Source: Verrucomicrobiota bacterium
GTDB lineage: Bacteria > Verrucomicrobiota > Verrucomicrobiia > Limisphaerales > CANJSG01
Direction of reading: 5' to 3'
Assembly: GCA_038209745.1 (NCBI GenBank)
Contig: JBBQXJ010000011.1
Coordinates: 8,390 to 72,389 of the forward strand
Length of the DNA stretch: 64,000 nucleotides
Within the stretch, counting starts at the first letter, position 1, and every line of letters starts with the position of its first letter. This document shows positions 50,720-59,248 of this stretch, piece by piece. Under the pieces are notes generated by a model. The model had not been told where the DNA came from. It made no database searches and worked only from the letters and a program-made list of their open reading frames with translations. The translations under genes were made by a program, and so were the position numbers.

Positions 50720-50815
50720 AACATCGAACAACCAACGTCGAACTCCGAACGTCCGAGGCGCGGCCTTCGAGGCGTTCCTTCGACGTTGGGCGCTGAGTGT
50801 TCAGCGTTCGATGTT
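50720..50815. repeat. inverted array of degenerate 7-mers
   Basis: AACATCG-AACAACC-AACGTCG-AACTCCG-AACGTCC ... CGACGTT-GGGCGCT-GAGTGTT-CAGCGTT-CGATGTT. Confidence 0.75.
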
Positions 50816-50827
50816 TCCCGGTTTGAG

Positions 50828-51052
50828 CAACCCAAAGGGTTGCCGGCCATTAGCTGGGGGTTGAACGAAGCAACACCCCCGGTTCAGCGGGATTGGAAGG
50901 CTGCACCCCGGCGGGGTGCCAGCAAAGCTTCTGGATTCCTGGGCCATTTGGCACCCCTTCAGGATGCCGTTGTCTGGGGCGGGTCAACCGGGGGTGTCGT
51001 CTCGCTCCGCGCTCCTCAACCCTCGGCTACCATCTGCCAAGCCTCCGGGTTG
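50828..51052. repeat. composite REP-like inverted repeat
   Basis: CAACCC..GGGTTG ends; TAGCTGGGGGTTGA/TCAACCCTCGGCTA, ACACCCCCGGTT/AACCGGGGGTGT, GGGGTGCCA/TGGCACCCC. Confidence 0.75.
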
Positions 51053-51084
51053 GAGCTTCAACAAACTTCTGCCGTTCAAGCCAC

Positions 51085-51885
51085 ATGAGCACGTTCCTGT
51101 TGAAGTGGAAACCCAGTGTCTACCCTTGGCTGGAATTGCCGGAGTGCGTCGACCAAGTTCGACATGAGGGGAGCTGTCTCCTGAGATGGTCATGCGGAAA
51201 CACAAAGAAGATCAAAGCTGGTGACCGGGTCTTCCTTTTGCGCCGTCCCAACCCACCAGCCGGCATCATGGGTGCAGGAACTGTTACCAAGGGTTCCTAC
51301 GAAGATGAGCATTATGCTCGTCCAAGTGAGACGGCTGTCTACGTAGAGGCTCGTTTCGACTCGCTTATCAATGTGACGACGGAAAGCGCAGTCCTCTCTG
51401 TGTCTCGACTGAGCCAGCCAGATCTTTCTGGAGGCCCTTGGACCATTCGCGGTTCAGGCAAAACAATACCTTCGCCAGTTGCAGAAAAGTTGGAACATGT
51501 TTGGCAGCAGCTCTTGGATGTCCGAGCCAAGTATTCTGCTCCCTTACCGGAGGAGATTGCGGTCCCCCAGAAATTTACCGAAGGCGCCATGCGGCAAATC
51601 ACGGTGAACGCCTACGAAAGAGATCCGGAAGCCAGACGCCTCTGCATCGAACATCACGGATGGCGCTGTGCGGTTTGCAAATTCGACTTTGAAGAACGCT
51701 ACGGCGAGTTAGGACGAGGATTTATCCATGTCCACCATCTTAAGCCGCTGTCTGAGACTCAGCGACCCCACGAAATTTCTCCAATCGACGATCTTCGACC
51801 AGTTTGTCCCAATTGCCACGCCATGCTGCATCGTCCGCCGGAGGTCATGGCCATTGAAACGCTGGAGACATTGCTTCGTCGCTAA
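51085..51885 (+). CDS. EVE/PUA-like + McrA-type HNH endonuclease (putative type IV restriction enzyme)
   Basis: WSCGNTKKIKAGDRVFL; YERDPEAR..C..C..YG..FIHVHH..DLRPVCPNCHAMLH. Confidence 0.85.
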   Translation: MSTFLLKWKPSVYPWLELPECVDQVRHEGSCLLRWSCGNTKKIKAGDRVFLLRRPNPPAGIMGAGTVTKGSYEDEHYARPSETAVYVEARFDSLINVTTESAVLSVSRLSQPDLSGGPWTIRGSGKTIPSPVAEKLEHVWQQLLDVRAKYSAPLPEEIAVPQKFTEGAMRQITVNAYERDPEARRLCIEHHGWRCAVCKFDFEERYGELGRGFIHVHHLKPLSETQRPHEISPIDDLRPVCPNCHAMLHRPPEVMAIETLETLLRR

Positions 51886-51906
51886 AACTGTTTTCCCCAT
51901 TTTCCC

Positions 51907-53004
51907 ATGCCTGACACCTACTACATCGTCCCCCCCGCCCTGCACGAAGCCCTTGTGAAGAAGGCCTACCTGGCCCGTGGCTACACCGAGGACGAAGCCG
52001 ACGACGCCGCGCGCTTCTGCCACAACGCCTCCACCTACGGCATCCGCACCCACAACGCCATCAAGGCGCTCCACCTCGACGATCTCTTCGGCAGCAAGGT
52101 CGGCCGTTGGACGCCCGGCGCGCAGATCGAGAAGCTGCCGTCCCGCTTCGCCGCGTCCGAATTCTGGAACGGCCACAACAAGCTCGGCCAAGCCGTCGCC
52201 TTCCGCGCCATGGCCCGCTGCATGGAGCTGGCCGACCAATACGGCGTGGGCATGGTCAGCGTGGACAACGCCACCCATTATCTCTGGGGAGGCGGCTACG
52301 TGATGGACGCCGCGCTCAAGGGCTACATCGCCTACACCAACTGCACCTCCTCCACCTCCGAGGTCGTGCCGTTCGGCGGCAAACGGGCGACGATGGGCAC
52401 CAACCCGCATTCTTGGGGCTTCCCCACGCAGGCCGCGGTCGGCTTCCCCATCGTCATCGACTGGGCCACGTCCACCGTCGCGATGGGCCGGGTGCAGGTG
52501 CTCAAGCGCGAGGGCAAGAAGCTTCCGCCCAACTGCGCCGTGGACGCCGACGGCAATATGACCGACGACCCGAACAAGGTCGTGGCGCTGCTCCCCTTCG
52601 GCGCGCACAAGGGCTACGGCCTCGGTCTGATCGACGAGCTGTATGCGGCCTACATCGGCGGTTCGTTGCCGTCGATCCGGGGCACGTCGCTCGGCGACAA
52701 GGGCGAGAAGCGCGGGTCCACTTTCTTCTTCCAGTGCATCCATCCCGACGCGATGAAGGGCAACGACTACGTCGGCGGCCGTTCGCAGGCCGAGAACGTG
52801 AAGACCTGTATCCAGGACGTGCTCGGACCCGGCAACGAGAAGTGCCTGTTGCCCGGCGAACCCGAAGCCCGCGCCGGCGAACTGACCAAGAAACACGGCG
52901 GCCTCCTCTTCACCAAGGCGGAGATCGAGGAGTTCAAGCACGTCGCCGAAACCTGCGGCGAAACCCCGTGGAAGCCCGAAGACTTCAAGACCGTCGAGAT
53001 CTGA
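51907..53004 (+). CDS. Ldh_2-family (malate/lactate/ureidoglycolate-type) oxidoreductase
   Basis: GIRTH, MGTNP, DWATS, PFGAHKGYGL, LPGE. Confidence 0.9.
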   Translation: MPDTYYIVPPALHEALVKKAYLARGYTEDEADDAARFCHNASTYGIRTHNAIKALHLDDLFGSKVGRWTPGAQIEKLPSRFAASEFWNGHNKLGQAVAFRAMARCMELADQYGVGMVSVDNATHYLWGGGYVMDAALKGYIAYTNCTSSTSEVVPFGGKRATMGTNPHSWGFPTQAAVGFPIVIDWATSTVAMGRVQVLKREGKKLPPNCAVDADGNMTDDPNKVVALLPFGAHKGYGLGLIDELYAAYIGGSLPSIRGTSLGDKGEKRGSTFFFQCIHPDAMKGNDYVGGRSQAENVKTCIQDVLGPGNEKCLLPGEPEARAGELTKKHGGLLFTKAEIEEFKHVAETCGETPWKPEDFKTVEI

Positions 53005-53011
53005 TTCCTTA

Positions 53012-53040
53012 ACCACAGATGGACACAGATGGACACAGAT
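53012..53040 (+). repeat. short tandem repeat (CACAGATGGA)n
   Basis: ACCACAGATGGACACAGATGGACACAGAT; a degenerate relative lies at about 56305-56332. Confidence 0.7.
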
Positions 53041-53140
53041 CCGAAGTAGGACAGGCATCTTGCCTGTCCCGAGGTCTGAGCGTGCCCGCAGCCAGTGGAC
53101 GCCCCCTCACCCGGGCCCTCTCCGTGTTCGCCAGCAAGAC

Positions 53141-53686
53141 ATGACGCCGCGCTTGCTCAACAAAGTCTGCGCACATCCTGTGGCACTTTCATGGGTCCTT
53201 GGTGCTTGTGCTCTGGATGCCGCCGTCATCGTCCTGCTCTCGAAAGAGGTGTCCCTCACCGCCATTGTTTCCGACCGGCAAGCTGGGCTGTTCTTGGCGT
53301 TTGGACTCATCCCAGCAACGCTGCTAGGATATTTCGTGGGGATGTTTACTTGTTGGCCGTTTGTTCGCCCCGTTTGCAGTAGATTCAACGGAGCACCATT
53401 CAAAGCAGGCGATCACGTTGTGATTCTATCTGGGCCTCTGAGAGGAGGCATGGCAGACGTGGAGGAGATCACGGCCAGTCAGGGCGGTTGGGATGTTGTC
53501 TGGCTTGATCTCGGTCCAGACCGCAGGAAGAAGTTCAGCAACATCTTTGAGGAGTATTCATTGCTGAAAACCAATGGCGGACAAGACACTCCACCCAAGA
53601 GCCGCCCGCCCTCTCAGTTGCCTGCGTCACCGGAGGTTCAGTCGCCCGATTCGCTGCGAACGCCTTCTTCCGGCGACTGTAGGTGA
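53141..53686 (+). CDS. hypothetical membrane protein with a KOW/SH3-like domain, carried as a gene cassette
   Basis: 2 TM + FKAGDHVVILSGP; lower GC; the C-terminus runs through the attC site. Confidence 0.7.
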   Translation: MTPRLLNKVCAHPVALSWVLGACALDAAVIVLLSKEVSLTAIVSDRQAGLFLAFGLIPATLLGYFVGMFTCWPFVRPVCSRFNGAPFKAGDHVVILSGPLRGGMADVEEITASQGGWDVVWLDLGPDRRKKFSNIFEEYSLLKTNGGQDTPPKSRPPSQLPASPEVQSPDSLRTPSSGDCR

Positions 53687-53700
53687 GCTTTGCGTTCAGC
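53576..53700 (+). mobile_element. integron attC-like recombination site
   Basis: R'' GGCGGAC, L'' ACTCCACC vs L' GGTGAGCT (one extra base), R' GTTCAGC; upstream GTTCGCC (53126) complements R''. Confidence 0.7.
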
Positions 53701-53797
53701 CGAACAACTTCCGCGCTTCGCATGAATTGTCCGAACAAGCAGCCGAGCCGGTTCCCCCATCTGTGGTTCTCCCTTTTAACTGCATCCCACAAAGACC

Positions 53798-54895
53798 ATG
53801 CCCATCCCTCTTCGCGACAAATCCCAGTGCGCCTTCGACCAGATCTCGCTCGGCGAGGTCATGCTCCGCCTCGATCCCGGTGAAACCCGCGTGCGCGTCG
53901 CCCGCCAGTTCACCGCCTGGGAAGGCGGCGGCGAATACAACACCTCGCGCGGTCTCCGGAAATGTTTCGGCTACAAGACCGCCGTCTGTTCCGCCTTCGT
54001 CGACAACGAGGTCGGCCACCTGATCGAGGACTTCATCATGCAGGGCGGCGTCGCCACCGACTTCCTCAAGTGGCGCGAAGACGACGGCATCGGCCGCACC
54101 GTCCGCAACGGCCTGAACTTCACCGAGCGCGGCTTCGGCCTGCGCGGCGCGGTCGGCGTGCCCGATCGCGGCAACACCGCCGCCAGCCAGCTCAAGCCCG
54201 GCGACTTCGACTGGGACCACATCTTCGGCAAGCTCGGCGCGCGTTGGTTCCACACCGGCGGCATCTTCGCCGCCCTTTCGGAATCGACCGCCGCGTTGAC
54301 CGTCGAAGCCGTGAAGGCCGCCAAGAAGCACGGCGTCGTGGTCAGCTACGACCTGAACTATCGCCCCTCGCTCTGGAAGACGATCGGCGGATTGAAGAAG
54401 GCCCAGGAGGTCAACCGCGAGATCGCGCAGCAGGTCGACGTTATGATCGGCAACGAAGAGGACTTCACCGCGTCGCTCGGCTTCGAGGTGAAGGGCGCCG
54501 ACGAACACATCAGCCACATCGAGACCGACGCCTTCAAGGCGATGATCGAGACGGCGGTGAAGGAGTTCCCGAACTTCAAGGTCGCCGCCACCACGCTGCG
54601 CCGCGTCATCACCGCCACGGTGAACGACTGGAGCGCGATCCTCTGGCACGACGGCCAGTTCCACGAGAGCCGCAAATATCCCGAGCTGGAGATCCTCGAC
54701 CGCGTCGGCGGCGGCGACAGCTTCGCCAGCGGTTTGCAGTTCGGCTTCCTGGAGTTCAACGACGCCCAGAAGGCGGTGGACTACGGCGCGGCCCACGGCG
54801 CCTTCGCCAGCACGACCCCCGGCGACACCTCGATGGCCACCCGCAAGGAAGTCGAGAAGCTGATCAAGGGCGGCAGCGCGCGGGTGGTGCGGTAA
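53798..54895 (+). CDS. kdgK: PfkB sugar kinase, 2-keto-3-deoxygluconate kinase-like
   Basis: LGEVMLRL, GGGEYN, DLNYRPSLW, DRVGGGDSFASG. Confidence 0.85.
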   Translation: MPIPLRDKSQCAFDQISLGEVMLRLDPGETRVRVARQFTAWEGGGEYNTSRGLRKCFGYKTAVCSAFVDNEVGHLIEDFIMQGGVATDFLKWREDDGIGRTVRNGLNFTERGFGLRGAVGVPDRGNTAASQLKPGDFDWDHIFGKLGARWFHTGGIFAALSESTAALTVEAVKAAKKHGVVVSYDLNYRPSLWKTIGGLKKAQEVNREIAQQVDVMIGNEEDFTASLGFEVKGADEHISHIETDAFKAMIETAVKEFPNFKVAATTLRRVITATVNDWSAILWHDGQFHESRKYPELEILDRVGGGDSFASGLQFGFLEFNDAQKAVDYGAAHGAFASTTPGDTSMATRKEVEKLIKGGSARVVR

Positions 54896-54904
54896 GCACC
54901 GCTC

Positions 54905-54930
54905 CGTAGCGGCGAACGGGAGTTCGCCGC
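54905..54930. repeat. GTAG-headed REP-like palindrome
   Basis: GTA-GCGGCGAAC-GGGA-GTTCGCCGC. Confidence 0.55.
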
Positions 54931-54979
54931 CAATATCTCGAATCCGGCAAAAAGACGGATGTCGAATCGGTCGCCCTTC

Positions 54980-56242
54980 CTATTTTCGAGCAAGAAACCG
55001 TTCCCGCCAGATCGCCCGTGATGTTTTCCCGCGAGCGTCGGCCTGCAGCGTCTCCGTGATCCACCATTCGCGCGGCACCTGCCAGCCGGCGAGACAGCCG
55101 AGCAAATGCTGCCGAAGCGTTTCCGCGTCCACGATTGAGGAGGGATGCACGATGGCGACGACCTTTTCGGAACGGTCCCGGTCAGGAACGCCCAACACGA
55201 GGCAGCGCTTCACCACCGGATGCTGTTCCAAGGCGCGTTCCACGGTCTCGGGATGGAGCTTGCGGCCGGCGACGTTGATCACGTCTCCCGCTCGGCCTCG
55301 GAGAAAGACCCCACCATCGATGATCTCCGCGAGATCCGACGTGCGGAAGACACCTTCCGACAATGTTTCCACATCGGCCGGCAGATAGCCTTGGCCGACG
55401 GCCGGGCCCCGGACTTCCAAGCAGCCGGCATCGCTGAGGCCGAGCTCGGCGCGATGCATCGCGCGACCGACGAAGGCGTCTTCGCAGCGGGGTTCATCCG
55501 CTGCGTCGTAGGCGATGCCGCCGCATTCCGAGGAGCCGTAGAAGTTGTGGACCTTCAATCCGTGCTTCACGTGGATCGAATGCTCCAATGCGACCGGCAT
55601 GGGCGCCCCGGCTGAAATCCCCAGCCGAACGGCGGGCGTCAACGCATCGGCTTCGGACCATGCGTTCCAGAGCGCGGGAACCCCCGGGAGCGTGACGGAG
55701 GCGAACGGCTCCTGCGCGAGACGGACGGCTTCCGGCAGGGGCGAAGGCGCAAGGATCAGGGGAATGCCATGCAGCAGGAGCGGCAGCACGAGGTTCGAGA
55801 AACCGTAGGAATGCGCCAAGGAGATGGCCGCGAGATTCGGCCAATCCGGTCTCAGGCCCATCGTGGCGACGATGTTGTCGGCGTCGGCGGCGAGCTGCCC
55901 GGCGGTGAAGGCCACGAGCCGGGACGGACCGGTCGAGGCCGAGGTGGTCTTGAGATGGACGATTCCCGGCGGTAGCTCCGGCAGTGCGGCCGGGGTCTGG
56001 CCGACCTCCAGCGGCTGAAGGATGCGGCTGGTTTGCCAGGCTTGGAGCGTGGCGAGGATGAACCCGGGGCCATGGCCGGAAGGGCGTATCGGAAGAGCAT
56101 CTGGGCAGCGGAGGAACCCAGCGGCGGCGGAATCGAGCTCGGCGAAGGTCCAAAGCCGTCCCGACGCCGTGTCGAAGACAGCGGTCTCGTTCGGCGTCCG
56201 CGCGAGCACCTCTCGCCAGCGTTCCAGCAGCAACATTGTCAT
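54980..56242 (-). CDS. AMP-binding acyl-CoA/acyl-AMP ligase
   Basis: TTSASTG, HSYGF, FYGSSECGG, TSDL, GR.GDVINVAGRK..P..VE, GK. Confidence 0.88.
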   Translation of the reverse strand: MTMLLLERWREVLARTPNETAVFDTASGRLWTFAELDSAAAGFLRCPDALPIRPSGHGPGFILATLQAWQTSRILQPLEVGQTPAALPELPPGIVHLKTTSASTGPSRLVAFTAGQLAADADNIVATMGLRPDWPNLAAISLAHSYGFSNLVLPLLLHGIPLILAPSPLPEAVRLAQEPFASVTLPGVPALWNAWSEADALTPAVRLGISAGAPMPVALEHSIHVKHGLKVHNFYGSSECGGIAYDAADEPRCEDAFVGRAMHRAELGLSDAGCLEVRGPAVGQGYLPADVETLSEGVFRTSDLAEIIDGGVFLRGRAGDVINVAGRKLHPETVERALEQHPVVKRCLVLGVPDRDRSEKVVAIVHPSSIVDAETLRQHLLGCLAGWQVPREWWITETLQADARGKTSRAIWRERFLARK

Positions 56243-56310
56243 GCTCGTAGTCGAGCCGTAGCGTCCGCCGCAAGAATGAAGCGGACGGACAAGCGCCTGA
56301 CCAGCCACAG

Positions 56311-57180
56311 ATGAAGACCGATGAACCCAGATCCGAGCCGCGGGGGGAACGCCCGGGACCCGAGGCGTCCGTCCCACGCTTTACCGCCCTTGACCGTATT
56401 TTCACCCTCCCGTTCTTGCTGACGATGCTGGTTCTCGTCGGCTGCGCCTCGCCGTTGCCGGTGAAAGAGGGGCGCCGATTCGACTTTTCGAAGGACACGT
56501 TCGCCTACGCCAATCAGCTCGTCTGGGAATACGAGGTCCATCCGGAAACGGGGGAGCAGTCTTGGCACAAGCGCGCCGTGCCGCCCGAGTATTCCCATCA
56601 CTGCTTCGTCGTCGTCCGGAGCGCGCGGCAGTTCTGGTGGCACGCGGCGTTCGATCCTTCGCTGCCCCGCACGAACGATATCGCCTACCGGAAGCTCGTT
56701 CGGCGCGTAGTCCACGCGACCGACGATTCCGTCAGCCCACCGGAGCAGCGGGTCGTCTTCCCGGGCTATGGCAGCCTGCGCGACTTCAGTGCGGACCATG
56801 CCAGACTGCTCCATTCCGAGTGCGGCGGCGCCTGGCAAAGCTATGTGCAGCGGGGGCATTGGCGGATGGTCTTCCCGTTTTGGCGGTCCGACCAGGAGGC
56901 CCGCGCGGAGGAGTTGCAAGAGCGGATCGAGGCGGGCATTCCCTGCGTGGTCCACGTGGTGGCCTTCCCCAGTCTGAAGATCAACCACGCGCTGCTGCTC
57001 TTCGACGTGAAGGCGGTCGACGGAACGCTGGTCTTCGCAGCCTACGATCCGAACACGCCGGAGCATCCGGAGGAACTGGTCTACTCCTTGGCGGACCGGC
57101 AGTTCATCTTCCCGACGAATCTCTACTTCGTCGGCGGCAAGGTGAACGTCTACGAGGTCTACCGGAACTGGATCTATTGA
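56311..57180 (+). CDS. hypothetical lipoprotein
   Basis: LVLVGC lipobox; possible Cys-His-Asp set (HCFV, INHALL, AYDPN); start uncertain. Confidence 0.75.
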   Translation: MKTDEPRSEPRGERPGPEASVPRFTALDRIFTLPFLLTMLVLVGCASPLPVKEGRRFDFSKDTFAYANQLVWEYEVHPETGEQSWHKRAVPPEYSHHCFVVVRSARQFWWHAAFDPSLPRTNDIAYRKLVRRVVHATDDSVSPPEQRVVFPGYGSLRDFSADHARLLHSECGGAWQSYVQRGHWRMVFPFWRSDQEARAEELQERIEAGIPCVVHVVAFPSLKINHALLLFDVKAVDGTLVFAAYDPNTPEHPEELVYSLADRQFIFPTNLYFVGGKVNVYEVYRNWIY

Positions 57181-57223
57181 AGCGGAGGCCGGTGCGTTTT
57201 GGGCGGGAACTGGACCCGCCGCT

Positions 57224-57589
57224 TCAGCGAGCTTTCGCCAGCCTTTTCCGCAGCCGGTTCACCCGCCAATACATCACCCCGAAGAAGAGCGCGCCGCAGG
57301 CGTTCACCCCCACGGTGTAGCCGAGCTTGTAGGTGCGGCCGGTGTTGGACTCGGCGTAGATCGTGGTGTCGTGACCCAACAACAAGCGGGGCAGCGCCAG
57401 GGGCATCTTCGCGCCGTGCTTCATGCCGTCGAAGAAGCCGGCGGGCGGGGCGGAAGGATCGTCCAACAGCGGGGACGGGCGGGTGATGGACCACATCACG
57501 ATGGAGACGACCGCGAACCCGAGAATGCGACCCAGCCAACGGCGCGAAGCGGATGCGGGAGGGATTTCTTGGGTCGGTGCGGAGGACAT
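57224..57589 (-). CDS. small membrane protein
   Basis: 2-3 hydrophobic segments, IYA..NTGRTYKLGYT.G. Confidence 0.65.
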   Translation of the reverse strand: MSSAPTQEIPPASASRRWLGRILGFAVVSIVMWSITRPSPLLDDPSAPPAGFFDGMKHGAKMPLALPRLLLGHDTTIYAESNTGRTYKLGYTVGVNACGALFFGVMYWRVNRLRKRLAKAR

Positions 57590-57608
57590 GCTTCAGTGCC
57601 CGCGCAGC

Positions 57609-58301
57609 ATGTTTTTCCGCCATCGCGCCGCGCAAGCCGAATGTCTCGACGCCCCCGACCGTCCGAAGGCCGAGCTGCGCGACGGCTACCACTGGCTGGC
57701 CAAGGTCAATCGCCTCACCCGCTTCTCCCGCCCCTTCGAGGTTTGGCTCCCGCGTGAACTGGGCAAAGAAGCCTGCCGGAAACTCACGCTGCTCGATGTC
57801 GGCGCGGGCGACGGCTTGCTCGGGCGTTGTCTGGAAGAATGGGCCGCCAAGCGCGGCTGGAACTGGCAGGTGACCAATCTCGACATGAACGCCCGGGCTC
57901 TGGCGCTCAATCCCGCCGGCCGCAATGTCACTGGCTCGGCCACGGCGTTGCCGTTTCCCGACGACGCGTTCGACGTGGTGATCGCTTCGCAGATGACGCA
58001 CCACTTGGAGACGGAGGAGGACGTCGTCGCGCACTTTCGCGAAGCGCATCGGGTAGCGCGGAAGACGGCCTTGATCTGCGACATGCACCGCAACGTGCTC
58101 TTCTACGTGGCCTTGGCCATCGGGCTCACGGTGATGCGGTTGCCGCCGTGGTTGCGGAGCGACGGAATGGTCTCGGTCCAGCGCGGATGGCGCGTGGGGG
58201 AATGGCGGGACTTCGCGCGGCGGGCGTCACTGCCGGACAGCCGGGTCTGGTTCGAGCACGGCACCCGGGTGCTGCTCTGCTCGCGCAAGGGCCGGAGTTG
58301 A
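57609..58301 (+). CDS. class I SAM-dependent methyltransferase
   Basis: LLDVGAGDG, LPFPDDAFDVV, HH, DG..SV.RG. Confidence 0.88.
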   Translation: MFFRHRAAQAECLDAPDRPKAELRDGYHWLAKVNRLTRFSRPFEVWLPRELGKEACRKLTLLDVGAGDGLLGRCLEEWAAKRGWNWQVTNLDMNARALALNPAGRNVTGSATALPFPDDAFDVVIASQMTHHLETEEDVVAHFREAHRVARKTALICDMHRNVLFYVALAIGLTVMRLPPWLRSDGMVSVQRGWRVGEWRDFARRASLPDSRVWFEHGTRVLLCSRKGRS

Positions 58302-58982
58302 GGCGCTGTTCCCGATGTTCCGCGCCGCCCGCCACCACCTGAACCACCGCAGCGTGTCGGTCACCGGACGGATGGAGCTGCGTTCCCCGGCATAGATCAC
58401 GTCGACCGGGACGAAAGCGACGCCGTGCCCTTGGCGGAGGAACTGGAAGAGCATTTCGGACTCGATCTCAAAATGATCGGCGGTCAACGGGACCCGCGCC
58501 AGGGTGGGGAGATGCAGGAGGCGGAAGCCGCATTGGGAATCGGGCAGCGCGTGGCCGGTCAGCGCGGAGATTCGCCGGCTCATCCAGACATTCACTTGCC
58601 GGCGAAGCCACGGCATCCCCTGGGGCATGGCCATGCGGTTGCCCACAACCAAGGGCGTCGATTCTTCGGCGCGGGCCAGGAAGCGGGCGATGTTCGCCGG
58701 TGCGTGTTGCCCGTCGCCGTCGAGGGTAATGGCCCAGGGGAAGCCGGCCCCGGCCGCGGCTTGCCAGCCGTCGAGGAGCGAGCGGCCTTTGCCCATGGGG
58801 TTTCCATGACGGAGGACCGTGGCGCCGGCGGCCTGCGCTTCGGCGGCGGTGGCGTCGGTGGATCCGTCGTCGACCACGATGACGGCGGCGACGTGGAGCA
58901 GCACTTCCCGGACGAGCGAGCGGATGGCGCCGGCCTCGTCGAGACAGGGAATCACCGCGATGCAGTTCCGCGCTTGGATCAC
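58227..58982 (-). CDS. glycosyltransferase family 2
   Basis: VIPCLDEA, VVDDGSTD, GKG, DGDGQH, DSQCGFR. Confidence 0.92.
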   Translation of the reverse strand: MIQARNCIAVIPCLDEAGAIRSLVREVLLHVAAVIVVDDGSTDATAAEAQAAGATVLRHGNPMGKGRSLLDGWQAAAGAGFPWAITLDGDGQHAPANIARFLARAEESTPLVVGNRMAMPQGMPWLRRQVNVWMSRRISALTGHALPDSQCGFRLLHLPTLARVPLTADHFEIESEMLFQFLRQGHGVAFVPVDVIYAGERSSIRPVTDTLRWFRWWRAARNIGNSASTPALARAEQHPGAVLEPDPAVRQ

Positions 58983-59072
58983 GAGCAGAGGCTAGGCAGG
59001 GGCTAGAATGGGAGCAAGACGGCAAGCGTCTCGTCATCGGCGACGACGAAGCACGGAGGGATGCGTTTTCAC

Positions 59073-59100
59073 GGTAGGGATGTTTCGCCGAAACGTACCC
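59073..59100. repeat. GTAG-headed REP-like palindrome
   Basis: GGTAGGGATGTTTCGCCGAAACGTACCC. Confidence 0.5.
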
Positions 59101-59248
59101 ATCGACTGCCGGAGGCGGTGCGAGCAGAGCAAGCGTCGCGGGCAGTGGCCGGCGGCCTGATAAGCTCCCTGCGGTTGCCTCGCTCCGCTCCTTTGATCGC
59201 TGAACCCAAGGTTTGCCCTGCCGGGTTCAAAACTCCAGATTGCGCCCG

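Noticed and set aside
50708..51088. 126-aa ORF and the 64-codon N-terminal extension of the HNH gene
   Set aside because: Translations of palindromic repeats; ATG 51085 is the better start
51074..51890. EVE-HNH gene as an attC cassette
   Set aside because: GTTCAAG precedes the ATG, but there is no complementary R'' or palindrome after the stop
50720..53040. Short repeats as a possible CRISPR array
   Set aside because: 7-10-nt tandem units, no 23-47-nt direct repeats with unique spacers, no cas genes
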